From contig OZ024743.1 of NCBI GenBank assembly GCA_964016885.1, forward strand, positions 137,392,001 to 137,456,000: a stretch of 64,000 nt of DNA, in the 5' to 3' direction. Below the pieces are notes generated by a model. That model worked only from the letters and a program-made list of their open reading frames with translations, was not told the DNA's origin and searched no databases. Below, piece after piece: positions 49,801 to 63,700 of this stretch (positions are counted from its first letter, which is position 1; each line of letters begins with the position of its first letter). The position numbers and the translations under genes are program-made. This DNA comes from Eledone cirrhosa (taxonomy: Eukaryota).

Positions 49801-52800
49801 GGTGCTTGGTGTTTGGTGTTTGGTGCTTGGTGTTTGGTGCTTGGTGCTTGGTGTTAGGTGTTAGGTGTTTGGTGCTTGGTGCTTGGTGTTTGGTGCTTGG
49901 TGCTTGGTGTTTGGTGTTTGGTGTTTGCTGCTTGCTGCTTGGTGTTTGGTGCTTGGTGATTGGTGCTTGGTGTTTGGTGCTTGGTACTTGGGGCTTGGTG
50001 TTTGGTGCTTGGTGCTTCGTGCTTGGTGTTTGCTGCTTGGTGCTTGGTGTTTGGTGTTTGGTGCCTGGTCTTTGGTGCTTGGTGTTTGGTGCTTGGTGCT
50101 TGGTGCTTGGTGTTAGGTGTTAGGTGTTTCGTGCTTGGTGCTTGGTGTTTGGTGCTTGGTGCTTGGTGTTTGGTGTTTGGTGCTTGCTGCTTGCTGCTTG
50201 GTGTTTGGTGCTTGGTGATTGGTGCTTGGTGTTTGGTGCTTGATGCTTGGTTTGGTGTTTGGTTCTAGGTGCTTGGTGCTTGGTGCTTGGTGCTGGGTGG
50301 TTGGCGTTCGGTGCTTGGTGCTTGGTGTTTGGTGCTTGGTGCTTGATGCTTGGTGCTTGGTGCTTGGTGTTTGGTGCTTGGTGCTTGGTGCTTGGTCTTT
50401 GGTGCTTGGTGTTTGGTGTTTGGTGCTTGGTGCTTGGTGTTTGGTGCTTGGTGCTTGGTGATTAGTGTTTGGTGCTTGGTGCTTGGGGTTTGGTGTTTGG
50501 TGCTTGGTGCTTGGTGTTTGGTGCTTGGTGCTTGGTGTTTGGTGCTTGGTGTTTGGTGTTTGCTGTTTGGTGTTTGGTGTTTGGTGTTTGCTGTTTGCTG
50601 TTTGGTGTCTGCTTTTTGGTGTTTGCTGTATGGTGTTTGCTGTTTCGTGTTTATTGTTTGCTGTTTGGTGCTTGGTGTTTGGTGCTTGGTGCTTCGTATT
50701 TGGTGTTTGGTGCTTGGTGCTTGGTGCTTGGTGCTTGGTGTTTCGTGCTGCGTGCTTGGAGTTTGGTGTTTGGTGCTTGGTGCTTGGTGTTTGGTGCTTG
50801 GTGCTTGGTGCTTGGTGTTTGGTGCTTAGTGCTTAGTGCTTGGTGCTTGGTGCTTGGTGTTTGGTGTTTACTGTTTGCTGTTTGCTGTTTGGTGTTTGCT
50901 GTTTGGTGCTTGCTGTTTGGTGCTTGGTGTTTGGTGCTTGGTGTTTTGTGTTTGGCGCTTGGTGCTTGGTGTTTGGTGCTTGGTGCTTGGTTCTTGGTGC
51001 CTGGTGTTTGGTGTTTGGTGTTTGGTGCTTGGTGTTTCGTGCTTGGTGCTTGGTGCTGGGTGTTTGGTGCTTGGTGCTTGGTGTTTGGTGCATGGTGCTT
51101 GGTGCTTGGTTTTTGTCGCTTGGTGCTTGGTACTTGGTGTTTGGTGCTTGGTGTTTGGTGTTTGGTGCTTGGTGCTTGGTGCTTGGTGTTTGGTGCTTGG
51201 TGTTTGGTGTTTGGTGCTTGGTGCTTGGTGCTTGGTGTTTGGTGTTTGCTGTTTGCTGTTTGGTGTTTGCTGTTTGCTGTTTGCTGTTTGGTGTCTGCTT
51301 TTTGGTGTTTGGTGTTTGCTGTATGGTGTTTGCTGTTTCATGTTTGGAGTATGCTGTTTGCTGTTTGGTTTTTCCTGTTTGCTGTTTGGTTTTTTGGTGC
51401 TTGGTGCTTGGTACTTGATGTTTGGTGTTTGGTGCTTGGTGTCTGGTGTTTGGTGCTTGGTGTTTAGTGTTTGGTGCTTGGTGCTTGGTGTTTGGTGTTT
51501 GGTGCTTGGTGCTTGGTGTTTGGTGTTTGGTGCTTGGTGTTTCGTGTTTGGTGCTTGGTGCTTGGTGTTTGGTGCTTGGTGCTTGGTGTTTTGTGTTTGG
51601 TGTTTGGTGCTTGGTGTTTGGTGTTTGGTGTTTGATGCTTGGTGTTTGATGCTTGGTGCTTGGTGCTTGGTGCTTGGTGTTTGGTGCTTGGTGCTTGGTG
51701 TTTGTACTTTGTGCTTGGTGCTTGGTGTTTGGCGCTTGGTTCTTGGTGTTTGGTGCTTGGTGTTTGGTGCTTGGTGCTTGGTGCTTGGTGTTTGGTGTTT
51801 GGTGCTTGGTGTTTGGTGCTTGGTGCTTTGTGCTTGGTGGATGTTGTTAGGTGTTTGGTGCTTGGTGCTTGGTGTTTTGTGCTTCGTGCTTGGTGCTTGG
51901 TGTTTGGTGCTTGGTGTTTGGTGCTTGGTGCCTGGTGCTTGGTGTTTGGTGCTTTGTGCTTGGTGATTGGTGCTTGGTGCTTGGTGTTTGGTGTTTGGGG
52001 CTTGGGGCTTGGTGTTTGGTGATGCGTGCTTGGTGCTTGGTGCTTCGTGCTTGGTGTTTTGTGTTTGGTGTTTGATGCTTGGTGTTTGGTGTTTGGTGCT
52101 TGGTGCTTGGTGTTTGGTGTTTGATGCTTGGTGCTTGATGCTTGGTGCTTGGTGCTTGGTGTTTGGTGCTTGGTGCTTGGTGTTTGTACTTGGTGCTTTG
52201 TGCTTGGTGTTTGGTGCTTGGTGTTTGGTGCTTGGTGCTTGGTGTTTGGTGCTTGGTGTTTGGTGTTTGGTGCTTGGTGTTTGGTGCTTGGTGCTTGGTG
52301 CTTGGTGTTAGGTGTTTGGTGCTTCATGCTTGGTGCTTGGTGTTTGGTGCTTGGTGATTGGTGTTTGGTGCTTGATGCCTGGTGTTTGGTGTTTGGTGCT
52401 TGCTGCTTGCTGCTTGGTGTTTGGTGCTTGGTGATTGGTGCTTGGTGTTTGGTGCTTGGTGCTTGGTGTTTGGTGTTTGGTGCTAGGTGCTTGGTGCTTG
52501 GTGCTTGGTGTTTGGTGCTTGGTGTTTGGTGCTTGGTACTTGGGGCTTGGCGTTTGGTGCTTGGTGCTTCGTGCTTGGTGTTTGGTGCTTGGTGTTTGGT
52601 GCTTGTTGCTTGGTGTTTGGTGTTTGGTGTTTGATGCTTGGTGTTTGATGCTTCGTGTTTGATGCTTGGTGCTTGGTGCTGGGTGTTTGGTGCTTGGTGC
52701 TTGGTGTTTGTACTTGGTGCTTGGTGCTTGGTGTTTGGTGCTTGGTTCTTGGTGTTTGGTGCTTGGTGTTTGGTGCTTGGTGCTTGGTGTTTGGTGTTTG

Positions 52801-55800
52801 GTGCTTGGTGTTTGGTGCTTGGTGCTTGGGGCTTGGTGTTTGGCGCTTGGTGCTTGGTGTTTGGTGCTTGGTGCTTGGTGTTTGGTGTTTGGAGTTTGGT
52901 GCTTGGTGCTTGGTGTTTGGTGCTTCGTGGTTGGTGTTAGGTGTTTGGTGCTTGGTGCTTGGTGTTTTGTCCTTCGTGCTTGGTGCTTGGTGTTTGGTGC
53001 TTGGTGCTTGGTGTTAGGTGTTTGGTGCTTGGGGCTTGGTGTTTGGTGCTTGGTGCTGCTGCCTGGTGTTTGGTGCTTGGTGATTGCTGCTTGGTGTTTG
53101 GTGCTCGGTGTTTGGTGTTTGGTGTTTGGTGTTTGGTGCTTGGGGCTTGGTGTTTGGTGCTTGGTGCTTGGTGCTTGGTGTTTGATGCTTGGTGTTTGGT
53201 GTTTGGTGTTTGGTGCTTGGTGCTTGGTGTTTGGTGCTTGGTGCTTGGTGCTGGGTGGTTGGTGTTTGGTGCTTGGTGCTTGGTGTTTGGTGCTTGGTGC
53301 TTGGTGTTTGGTTCTTGGTGCTTGGTGCTTGGTCCTTGGTGTTTGGTGTTTAGTGCTTGGTGCTTGGTGCTTGGTGTTTAGTGCTTGGTGCTTGGAGCTT
53401 GGTGTTTAGTGCTTAGTGCTTGGTGCATTGTGATTAGAGTTTGGTGCTTGGTGCTTGGGGTTTGGTGTTTGGTGCTTGGTTCTTGGTGTTTGGTGCTTGG
53501 AACTTGGTGTTTGGTGCTTGGTGTTTGCTGTTTGCTGTTTAGTGTTTGGTGTTTGGTGTTTGGGGTTTGCTGTTTGGTGTCTGCTTTTTGGTGTTTGGTG
53601 GTTGCTCTATGGTGTTTGCTGTTTCATGTTTGGTGTTTGCTGTTTGGTGTTTGCTGTTTGGTGTTTGGTCTTTGGTGCTTGGTGTTTGGTGTTTGGTGCT
53701 TGGTGTTTGGTGCTTGGTGCTTGGTGCCTGGTGCTTGTTGTTTGGTGATTGGTGGTTGGTGTTTGCTGTTTGCTGTTTGGTGTTTGGTGCTTGGTGTTTG
53801 CTGTTTGGTGTTTGGTGCTTGGTGCTTCGTGCTTGGTGTTTTGTGCTTGGTGCTTGGTGTTTGGTGTTTGGTGCTTGGTGCCTGGTGCTTGTTGTTTGGT
53901 GCATGGTGTTTGGTGCTTGGTGTTTGGTGCTTGGTGCTTGGTGTTTGGTGTTTGGTGTTTGGTGCTTGGTGCTTGGTGTTTGGTGCTTGGTGCTTGGTGC
54001 TGGGTGGTTGGTGTTTGGTGCTTGGTGCTTGGTGTTTGGTGCTTGCTGCTTGCTGTTTGGTTCTTGGTGCTTGGTGCTTTGTCCTTGGTGTTTGGTCTTT
54101 AGTGCTTTGTGCTTGGTGCTTGGTGTTTAGTGCTTGGTGCTTGGTGCATTGTGATTAGTGTTTGGTGCTTGGTGCTTGGGGATTGGTGTTTGGTGTTTGG
54201 TGCTTGGTGTTTGGTGCTTGGAACTTGGTGTTTGGTGCTTGGTGTTTGCTGTTTGGTGTCTGCTTTTTGGTGTTTGGTGTTTGCTCTATGGTGTTTGCTG
54301 TTTCATGTTTGGTGTTTGCTGTTTGGTGCTTGGTGTTTGGTGTTTGGTGTTTGGTGCTTGGTGTTTGGTGTTTGGTGCTTGGTGCTTGGTGTTTGGTGTT
54401 TGATGCTTGGTGCTTGGTGCTTAGTGTTTGGTGCTTGGTGCCTGGTGCTTGTTGTTTGGTGCTTGGTGTTTGGTGTTTGGTGTTTGGTGCTTGGAGCTTG
54501 GTGCTTGGTGCTTGGTGCTTGGTGTTTGGTGCTTGGTGATTGGTGCTTGGTGTTTGGTGCTGGGTGCTTGGTGTTTGGTGCTTGGTGCTTGGTGCTTGGT
54601 ATTTGGTGTTTGGTGTTTGATGCTTGGTGTTTGATGCTTGCTGCTTCGTGCTTGGTGCTTGATGCTTGTTGTTTGTACTTGGTGCTTGGGTTTTTTGTGC
54701 TTGGTTCTTGGTGTTTGGTGCTTGGTGTTTGGTGCTTGGTGCTTGGTGTTTGGTGCTTGGTGTTTGGTGTTTGGTGCTTGGTGTTTGGTGCTTGGTGCTT
54801 GGTGCTTGGTGTTAGGTGTTTGGTGCTTCATGCTTGGTGCTTGGTGTTTGGTGCTTGGTGCTTGGTGTTTGGTGCTTGGTGCCTGGTGCAAGGTGTTTGT
54901 TGCTTGGTGCTTGGTGTTTGGTGTTTGGTGCTTGGTGTTTGGTGCTTGGTGCTTGGTGTTAGGTGTTAGGTGTTTGGTGCTTGGTGCTTGGTGTTTGGTG
55001 CTTGGTGCTTGGTGTTTGGTGTTTGGTGTTTGCTGCTTGCTGCTTGGTGTTTGGTGCTTGGTGATTGGTGCTTGGTGTTTGGTGCTTGGTACTTGGGGCT
55101 TGGTGTTTGGTGCTTGGTGCTTCGTGCTTGGTGTTTGCTGCTTGGTGCTTGGTGTTTGGTGTTTGGTGCCTGGTCTTTGGTGCTTGGTGTTTGGTGCTTG
55201 GTGCTTGGTGCTTGGTGTTAGGTGTTAGGTGTTTCGTGCTTGGTGCTTGGTGTTTGGTGCTTGGTGCTTGGTGTTTGGTGTTTGGTGCTTGCTGCTTGCT
55301 GCTTGGTGTTTGGTGCTTGGTGATTGGTGCTTGGTGTTTGGTGCTTGATGCTTGGTTTGGTGTTTGGTTCTAGGTGCTTGGTGCTTGGTGCTTGGTGCTG
55401 GGTGGTTGGCGTTCGGTGCTTGGTGCTTGGTGTTTGGTGCTTGGTGCTTGATGCTTGGTGCTTGGTGCTTGGTGTTTGGTGCTTGGTGCTTGGTGCTTGG
55501 TCTTTGGTGCTTGGTGTTTGGTGTTTGGTGCTTGGTGCTTGGTGTTTGGTGCTTGGTGCTTGGTGATTAGTGTTTGGTGCTTGGTGCTTGGGGTTTGGTG
55601 TTTGGTGCTTGGTGCTTGGTGTTTGGTGCTTGGTGCTTGGTGTTTGGTGCTTGGTGTTTGGTGTTTGCTGTTTGGTGTTTGGTGTTTGGTGTTTGCTGTT
55701 TGCTGTTTGGTGTCTGCTTTTTGGTGTTTGCTGTATGGTGTTTGCTGTTTCGTGTTTATTGTTTGCTGTTTGGTGCTTGGTGTTTGGTGCTTGGTGCTTC

Positions 55801-57700
55801 GTATTTGGTGTTTGGTGCTTGGTGCTTGGTGCTTGGTGCTTGGTGTTTCGTGCTGCGTGCTTGGAGTTTGGTGTTTGGTGCTTGGTGCTTGGTGTTTGGT
55901 GCTTGGTGCTTGGTGCTTGGTGTTTGGTGCTTAGTGCTTAGTGCTTGGTGCTTGGTGCTTGGTGTTTGGTGTTTACTCTTTGCTGTTTGCTGTTTGGTGT
56001 TTGCTGTTTGGTGCTTGCTGTTTGGTGCTTGGTGTTTGGTGCTTGGTGTTTTGTGTTTGGCGCTTGGTGCTTGGTGTTTGGTGCTTGGTGCTTGGTTCTT
56101 GGTGCCTGGTGTTTGGTGTTTGGTGTTTGGTGCTTGGTGTTTCGTGCTTGGTGCTTGGTGCTGGGTGTTTGGTGCTTGGTGCTTGGTGTTTGGTGCATGG
56201 TGCTTGGTGCTTGGTTTTTGTCGCTTGGTGCTTGGTACTTGGTGTTTGGTGCTTGGTGTTTGGTGTTTGGTGCTTGGTGCTTGGTGCTTGGTGTTTGGTG
56301 CTTGGTGTTTGGTGTTTGGTGCTTGGTGCTTGGTGCTTGGTGTTTGGTGTTTGCTGTTTGCTGTTTGGTGTTTGCTGTTTGCTGTTTGCTGTTTGGTGTC
56401 TGCTTTTTGGTGTTTGGTGTTTGCTGTATGGTGTTTGCTGTTTCATGTTTGGAGTATGCTGTTTGCTGTTTGGTTTTTCCTGTTTGCTGTTTGGTTTTTT
56501 GGTGCTTGGTGCTTGGTACTTGATGTTTGGTGTTTGGTGCTTGGTGTCTGGTGTTTGGTGCTTGGTGTTTAGTGTTTGGTGCTTGGTGCTTGGTGTTTGG
56601 TGTTTGGTGCTTGGTGCTTGGTGTTTGGTGTTTGGTGCTTGGTGTTTCGTGTTTGGTGCTTGGTGCTTGGTGTTTGGTGCTTGGTGCTTGGTGTTTTGTG
56701 TTTGGTGTTTGGTGCTTGGTGTTTGGTGTTTGGTGTTTGATGCTTGGTGTTTGATGCTTGGTGCTTGGTGCTTGGTGCTTGGTGTTTGGTGCTTGGTGCT
56801 TGGTGTTTGTACTTTGTGCTTGGTGCTTGGTGTTTGGCGCTTGGTTCTTGGTGTTTGGTGCTTGGTGTTTGGTGCTTGGTGCTTGGTGCTTGGTGTTTGG
56901 TGTTTGGTGCTTGGTGTTTGGTGCTTGGTGCTTTGTGCTTGGTGGATGTTGTTAGGTGTTTGGTGCTTGGTGCTTGGTGTTTTGTGCTTCGTGCTTGGTG
57001 CTTGGTGTTTGGTGCTTGGTGTTTGGTGCTTGGTGCCTGGTGCTTGGTGTTTGGTGCTTTGTGCTTGGTGATTGGTGCTTGGTGCTTGGTGTTTGGTGTT
57101 TGGGGCTTGGGGCTTGGTGTTTGGTGATGCGTGCTTGGTGCTTGGTGCTTCGTGCTTGGTGTTTTGTGTTTGGTGTTTGATGCTTGGTGTTTGGTGTTTG
57201 GTGCTTGGTGCTTGGTGTTTGGTGTTTGATGCTTGGTGCTTGATGCTTGGTGCTTGGTGCTTGGTGTTTGGTGCTTGGTGCTTGGTGTTTGTACTTGGTG
57301 CTTTGTGCTTGGTGTTTGGTGCTTGGTGTTTGGTGCTTGGTGCTTGGTGTTTGGTGCTTGGTGTTTGGTGTTTGGTGCTTGGTGTTTGGTGCTTGGTGCT
57401 TGGTGCTTGGTGTTAGGTGTTTGGTGCTTCATGCTTGGTGCTTGGTGTTTGGTGCTTGGTGATTGGTGTTTGGTGCTTGATGCCTGGTGTTTGGTGTTTG
57501 GTGCTTGCTGCTTGCTGCTTGGTGTTTGGTGCTTGGTGATTGGTGCTTGGTGTTTGGTGCTTGGTGCTTGGTGTTTGGTGTTTGGTGCTAGGTGCTTGGT
57601 GCTTGGTGCTTGGTGTTTGGTGCTTGGTGTTTGGTGCTTGGTACTTGGGGCTTGGCGTTTGGTGCTTGGTGCTTCGTGCTTGGTGTTTGGTGCTTGGTGT
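47480..57700. repeat. Near-perfect 5105-bp tandem duplication
   Basis: Constant offset 5105 for ORF pairs 47533/52638, 48280/53385, 50219/55324 and 52128/57233. Differences seen at C49592/G54697 and G50873/C55978. Confidence 0.9.
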
Positions 57701-60700
57701 TTGGTGTTTGGTGCTTGGTGTTTGGTGCTTGGTGCTTGGTGCTGGGTGGTTGGCGTTCGGTGCTTGGTGCTTGGTGTTTGGTGCTTGGTGCTTGGTGTTT
57801 GGTGCTTGGTGTTTGGTGTTTGCTGTTTGGTGTTTGGTGTTTGGTGTTTGGTGTTTGCTTTTTGCTGTTTGGTGTCTGCTTTTTGGTGTTTGGTGTTTGC
57901 TGTATGGTGTTTGCTGTTTCGTGTTTATTGTTTGGTGCTTGGTACTTGGGGCTTGGTGTTTGGTGCTTGGTGCTTGGTGCTTCGTATTTGGTGTTTGGTG
58001 CTTGGTGCTTGGTGTTTGGTGCTTGGTGCTTGGTGCTTGTTGTTTGGTGTTTGGTGTTTGGTGTTTGGTGCTTGGTGCTTGTTGTTTGTTGCTTGGTGCT
58101 TGGTGTTTCGTGCTGCATGTTTGGTGTTTGGTGCTTGGTGCTTGGTGCTTGGTGCTTGGTGTTTGGTGATTGGTGCTTGGTGTTTGGTGCTTGGTGCTTG
58201 GTGCTTGGTGTTTGGTGCTTAGTGCTTAGTGCTTGGTGCTTGGTGCTTGGTGTTTGGTGTTTGCTGTTAGCTGTTTGCTGTTTGCTGTTTGCTGTTTGGT
58301 GTTTGGTGTTTGGTGCTTTGTGTTTGGTGCTTGGTGCTTGGTGTTTTGTGTTTGGTGCTTGGTGCTTGGGGCTTGGTGTTTGGTGCTTGGTGCTTTGTTC
58401 TTGGTGCTTGGTGTTTGGTGTTTGGTGTTTGGTGTTTGGTGCTTGGTGTTTGGTGCTTGGTGCTGGGTGTTTGGTGCTTGGTGCTTGGTGCATGGTGCTT
58501 GGTGCTTGGTGTTTGTCGCTTGGTGCTTGGTGCTTGGTGTTTGGTGCTTGGTGTTTGGTGTTTAGTGCTTGTTGCTTGGTGCTTGGTGTTTGGTGTTTGC
58601 TGTTTGCTGTTTGGTGTTTGGTGTTTGCTCTTTGCTGTTTGGTGTCTGCTTTTTGGTGTTTGGTGGTTGCTGTATGGTGTTTGCTGTTTCATATTTGGAG
58701 TTTGCTGTTTGCTGTTTGGTGTTTCCTATTTGCTGTTTGGTGTTTGGTGCTTGGTGCTTGGTGCTTGGTGTTTGGTGTTTGGTGCTTGGTGCCTGGTGCT
58801 TGTTGTTTGGTGTTTGGTGCTTGGGGCTTGATGTTTGGTGTTTGGTGCTTGGTGTCTGGTGTTTGGTGCTTGGTGTTTGGTGTTTGGTGCTTGGTGCTTG
58901 GTGTTTGGTGTTTGATGCTTGGTGCTTGGTGTTTGGTGTTTGGTGCTTGGTGTTTGGTTTTTGGTGCTTGGTGCTTGGTGTTTGGTGCTTGGTGCTTGGT
59001 GCTTGGTGTTTGGTGCTTGGTGCTTGGTGTTTGGTGCTTGGTTCTTGGTGTTTGGTGCTTGGTGTTTGGTGCTTGGTGCTTGGTGTTTGGTGCTTGGTGC
59101 TTTGTGCTTGGTGGTTGGTGTTAGGTGTTTGGTGCTTGGTGCATGGTGTTTTGTGCTTGGTGCTTGGTGCTTGGTGTTTGGTGCTTGGTGCTTGGTGTTT
59201 GGTGCTTGGTGCCTGGTGCTTGGTGTTTGGTGCTTGGTGCTTGGTGTTTTGTGCTTGGTTCTTGGTGTTTGGTGCTTGGTGTTAGGTGCATGGTGCTTGG
59301 TGTTTGGTGCTTGGTGCTTGGTGTTTGGTGTTTGGTGCTTGGTGTTTGGTGCTTGGTGCTTGGTGTTAGGTGTTTGGTGCTTGGTGTTTGGTGTTTGGTG
59401 CTTCATGCTTGGTGCTTGGTGTTTGGTGCTTGGTGCTTGGTGTTTGGTGCTTGGTGCCTGGTGCATGGTGTTTGGTGCTTGATGCTTGGTGTTTGGTGTT
59501 TGGTGCTTGGTGTTTGGTGTTTGGTGCTTGTTGTTTGGTGCTTGGTGCTTGGTGCTTGGTGTTAGATGTTAGGTGTTTGGTGCTTGGTGCTTGGTGTTTG
59601 GTGCTTGGTGCTTGGTGTTTGGTGTTTGGTGCTTGCTGCTTGCTGCTTGGTGTTTGGTGCTTGGTGATTGGTGCTTGGTGTTTGGTGCTTGGTGTTTGGT
59701 GCTTGGTACTTGGGGCTTGGTGTTTGGTGCTTGGTGCTTCGTGCTTGCTGTTTGGTGCTAGGTGCTTGGTGTTTGGTGTTTGGTGCTTGGTGTTTGGTGC
59801 GTGGTGCTTGGTGCTGTGTGGTTGGCGTTCGGTGCTTGGTGCTTGGTGTTTGGTGCTTGGTGCTTGGTGTTTGGTGCTTGGTGCTTGGTTCTTGGTCTTT
59901 GGTGTTTGGTGTTTGGTGCTTGGTGCTTGGTGTTTGGTGCTTGGTGCTTGGTGATTAGTGTTTGGTACTTGGTGCGTGGGGTTTGGTGTTTGGTGCTTGT
60001 TGTTTGGTGCTTGGTGCTTGGTGCTTGGTGTTTGGTGCTTGGTGTTTGCTGTTTGCTGTTTGGTGTTTGGTGTTTGGTGTTTGGTGTTTGCTGTTGGCTG
60101 TTTGGTGTCTGCTTTTTGGTGTTTGGTGTTTGCTGTATGGTGTTTGCTGTTTGGTGTTTATTGTTTGCTGTTTGGTGTTTGGTGTTTGGTGTTTGGTGTT
60201 TCCTGTTTGGTCTTTAGTCTTTGGTGCTTGGTGTTTGGTGCTTGGTGCTTGGTATTTGGTGTTTCGTGCTTGGTGCTGGTGTTTGGTGCTTGGTGCTTGG
60301 TGCTTGGTGTTTGGTGCTTGGTGCTTGGTGTTTCGTGCTGCGTGCTTGGTGTTTGGTGCTTGGTGCTTGGTGCTTGGTGTTTGGTGTTTGATGCTTGGTG
60401 CTTGGTGCTTGGTGTTTGGTGTTTGGTGCTTGGTGTTTGGTGCTTGGTGCTTGGTGCTTGGTGTATGGTGCTTAGTGCTTGGTGTTTGGTGCTTGGTGCT
60501 TGGTGTTTGGTGTTTGCTGTTTGCTGTTTGGTGTTTGGTGTTTGGTGTTTCCTGTTTGGTCTTTAGTTTTTGGTGCTTGGTGTTTGGTGCTTGGTGCTTG
60601 GTATTTGGTGTTTGGTGCTTGGTGCTTGGTGTCTGGTGCTTGGTGCTTGGTGCTTGGTATTTGGTGTTTGGTGTTTGATGCTTGGTGTTTGATGCTTGCT

Positions 60701-63700
60701 GCTTCGTGCTTGGTGCTTGATGCTTGCTGTTTGTACTTGGTGCTTGGGTTTTTTGTGCTTGGTTCTTGGTGTTTGGTGCTTGGTGTTTGGTGCTTGGTGC
60801 TTGGTGTTTGGTGCTTGGTGTTTGGTGTTTGGTGCTTGGTGTTTGGTGCCTGGTGCTTGGTGCTTGGTGTTAGGTGTTTGGTGCTTCATGCTTGGTGCTT
60901 GGTGTTTGGTGCTTGGTGCTTGGTGTTTGGTGCTTGGTGCCTGGTGCAAGGTGTTTGTTGCTTGGTGCTTGGTGTTTGGTGTTTGCTGCTTGGTGTTTGG
61001 TGCTTGGTGCTTGGTGCTTGGTGCTTGGTGTTAGGTGTTAGGTGTTTGGTGCTTGGTGCTTGGTGTTTGGTGCTTGGGGCTTGGTGTTTGGTGTTTGGTG
61101 CTTGCTGCTTGCTGCTTGGTGTTTGGTGCTTGGTGATTGGTGCTTGGTGTTTGGTGCTTGGTGCTTGGTTTGGTGTTTGGTGCTTGGTGCTTGGTGCTTG
61201 GTGCTTGGTGTTTGGTGCTTGGTGTTTGGTGCTTGGTACTTGGGGCTTGGTGTTTGGTGCTTGGTGCTTCGTGCTTGGTGTTTGCTGCTTGGTGCTTGGT
61301 GTTTGGTGCTTGGTCTTTGGTGCTTGGTGTTTGGTGCTTGGTGCTCGGTGCTTGGTCTTAGGTGTTAGGTGTTTGGTGCTTGGTGCTTGGTGTTTGGTGC
61401 TTGGTGCTTGGTGTTTGGTGTTTGGTGCTTGCTGCTTGCTGCTTGGTGTTTGGTGCTTGGTGATTGGTGCTTGGTGTTTGGTGCTTGATGCTTGGTTTGG
61501 TGTTTGGTTCTAGGTGCTTGGTGCTTGCTGCTTGGTGCTTGGTGCTGGGTGGTTGGCGTTCGGTGCTTGGTGCTTGGTGTTTGGTGCCTGGTGCTTGATG
61601 CTTGGTGCTTGGTGCTTGGTGATTGGTGCTTGGTGTTTGGTGCTTGGTGCTTGGTGTTTGGTGTTTGGTGCTAGGTGCTTGGTGCTTGGTGCTTGGTGTT
61701 TGGTGCTTGGTGTTTGGTGCTTGGTACTTGGGGCTTGGCGTTTGGTGCTTGGTGCTTCGTGCTTGGTGTTTGGTGCTTGGTGTTTGGTGTTTGGTGCTTG
61801 GTGTTTGGTGCTTGGTGCTTGGTGCTGGGTGGTTGGCGTTCGGTGCTTGGTGCTTGGTGTTTGGTGCTTGGTGCTTGGTGTTTGGTGCTTGGTGTTTGGT
61901 GTTTGCTGTTTGGTGTTTGGTGTTTGGTGTTTGGTGTTTGCTTTTTGCTGTTTGGTGTCTGCTTTTTGGTGTTTGGTGTTTGCTGTATGGTGTTTGCTGT
62001 TTCGTGTTTATTGTTTGGTGCTTGGTACTTGGGGCTTGGTGTTTGGTGCTTGGTGCTTGGTGCTTCGTATTTGGTGTTTGGTGCTTGGTGCTTGGTGTTT
62101 GGTGCTTGGTGCTTGGTGCTTGTTGTTTGGTGTTTGGTGTTTGGTGTTTGGTGCTTGGTGCTTGTTGTTTGTTGCTTGGTGCTTGGTGTTTCGTGCTGCA
62201 TGTTTGGTGTTTGGTGCTTGGTGCTTGGTGCTTGGTGCTTGGTGTTTGGTGATTGGTGCTTGGTGTTTGGTGCTTGGTGCTTGGTGCTTGGTGTTTGGTG
62301 CTTAGTGCTTAGTGCTTGGTGCTTGGTGCTTGGTGTTTGGTGTTTGCTGTTAGCTGTTTGCTGTTTGCTGTTTGCTGTTTGGTGTTTGGTGTTTGGTGCT
62401 TTGTGTTTGGTGCTTGGTGCTTGGTGTTTTGTGTTTGGTGCTTGGTGCTTGGGGCTTGGTGTTTGGTGCTTGGTGCTTTGTTCTTGGTGCTTGGTGTTTG
62501 GTGTTTGGTGTTTGGTGTTTGGTGCTTGGTGTTTGGTGCTTGGTGCTGGGTGTTTGGTGCTTGGTGCTTGGTGCATGGTGCTTGGTGCTTGGTGTTTGTC
62601 GCTTGGTGCTTGGTGCTTGGTGTTTGGTGCTTGGTGTTTGGTGTTTAGTGCTTGTTGCTTGGTGCTTGGTGTTTGGTGTTTGCTGTTTGCTGTTTGGTGT
62701 TTGGTGTTTGCTCTTTGCTGTTTGGTGTCTGCTTTTTGGTGTTTGGTGGTTGCTGTATGGTGTTTGCTGTTTCATATTTGGAGTTTGCTGTTTGCTGTTT
62801 GGTGTTTCCTATTTGCTGTTTGGTGTTTGGTGCTTGGTGCTTGGTGCTTGGTGTTTGGTGTTTGGTGCTTGGTGCCTGGTGCTTGTTGTTTGGTGTTTGG
62901 TGCTTGGGGCTTGATGTTTGGTGTTTGGTGCTTGGTGTCTGGTGTTTGGTGCTTGGTGTTTGGTGTTTGGTGCTTGGTGCTTGGTGTTTGGTGTTTGATG
63001 CTTGGTGCTTGGTGTTTGGTGTTTGGTGCTTGGTGTTTGGTTTTTGGTGCTTGGTGCTTGGTGTTTGGTGCTTGGTGCTTGGTGCTTGGTGTTTGGTGCT
63101 TGGTGCTTGGTGTTTGGTGCTTGGTTCTTGGTGTTTGGTGCTTGGTGTTTGGTGCTTGGTGCTTGGTGTTTGGTGCTTGGTGCTTTGTGCTTGGTGGTTG
63201 GTGTTAGGTGTTTGGTGCTTGGTGCATGGTGTTTTGTGCTTGGTGCTTGGTGCTTGGTGTTTGGTGCTTGGTGCTTGGTGTTTGGTGCTTGGTGCCTGGT
63301 GCTTGGTGTTTGGTGCTTGGTGCTTGGTGTTTTGTGCTTGGTTCTTGGTGTTTGGTGCTTGGTGTTAGGTGCATGGTGCTTGGTGTTTGGTGCTTGGTGC
63401 TTGGTGTTTGGTGTTTGGTGCTTGGTGTTTGGTGCTTGGTGCTTGGTGTTAGGTGTTTGGTGCTTGGTGTTTGGTGTTTGGTGCTTCATGCTTGGTGCTT
63501 GGTGTTTGGTGCTTGGTGCTTGGTGTTTGGTGCTTGGTGCCTGGTGCATGGTGTTTGGTGCTTGATGCTTGGTGTTTGGTGTTTGGTGCTTGGTGTTTGG
63601 TGTTTGGTGCTTGTTGTTTGGTGCTTGGTGCTTGGTGCTTGGTGTTAGATGTTAGGTGTTTGGTGCTTGGTGCTTGGTGTTTGGTGCTTGGTGCTTGGTG

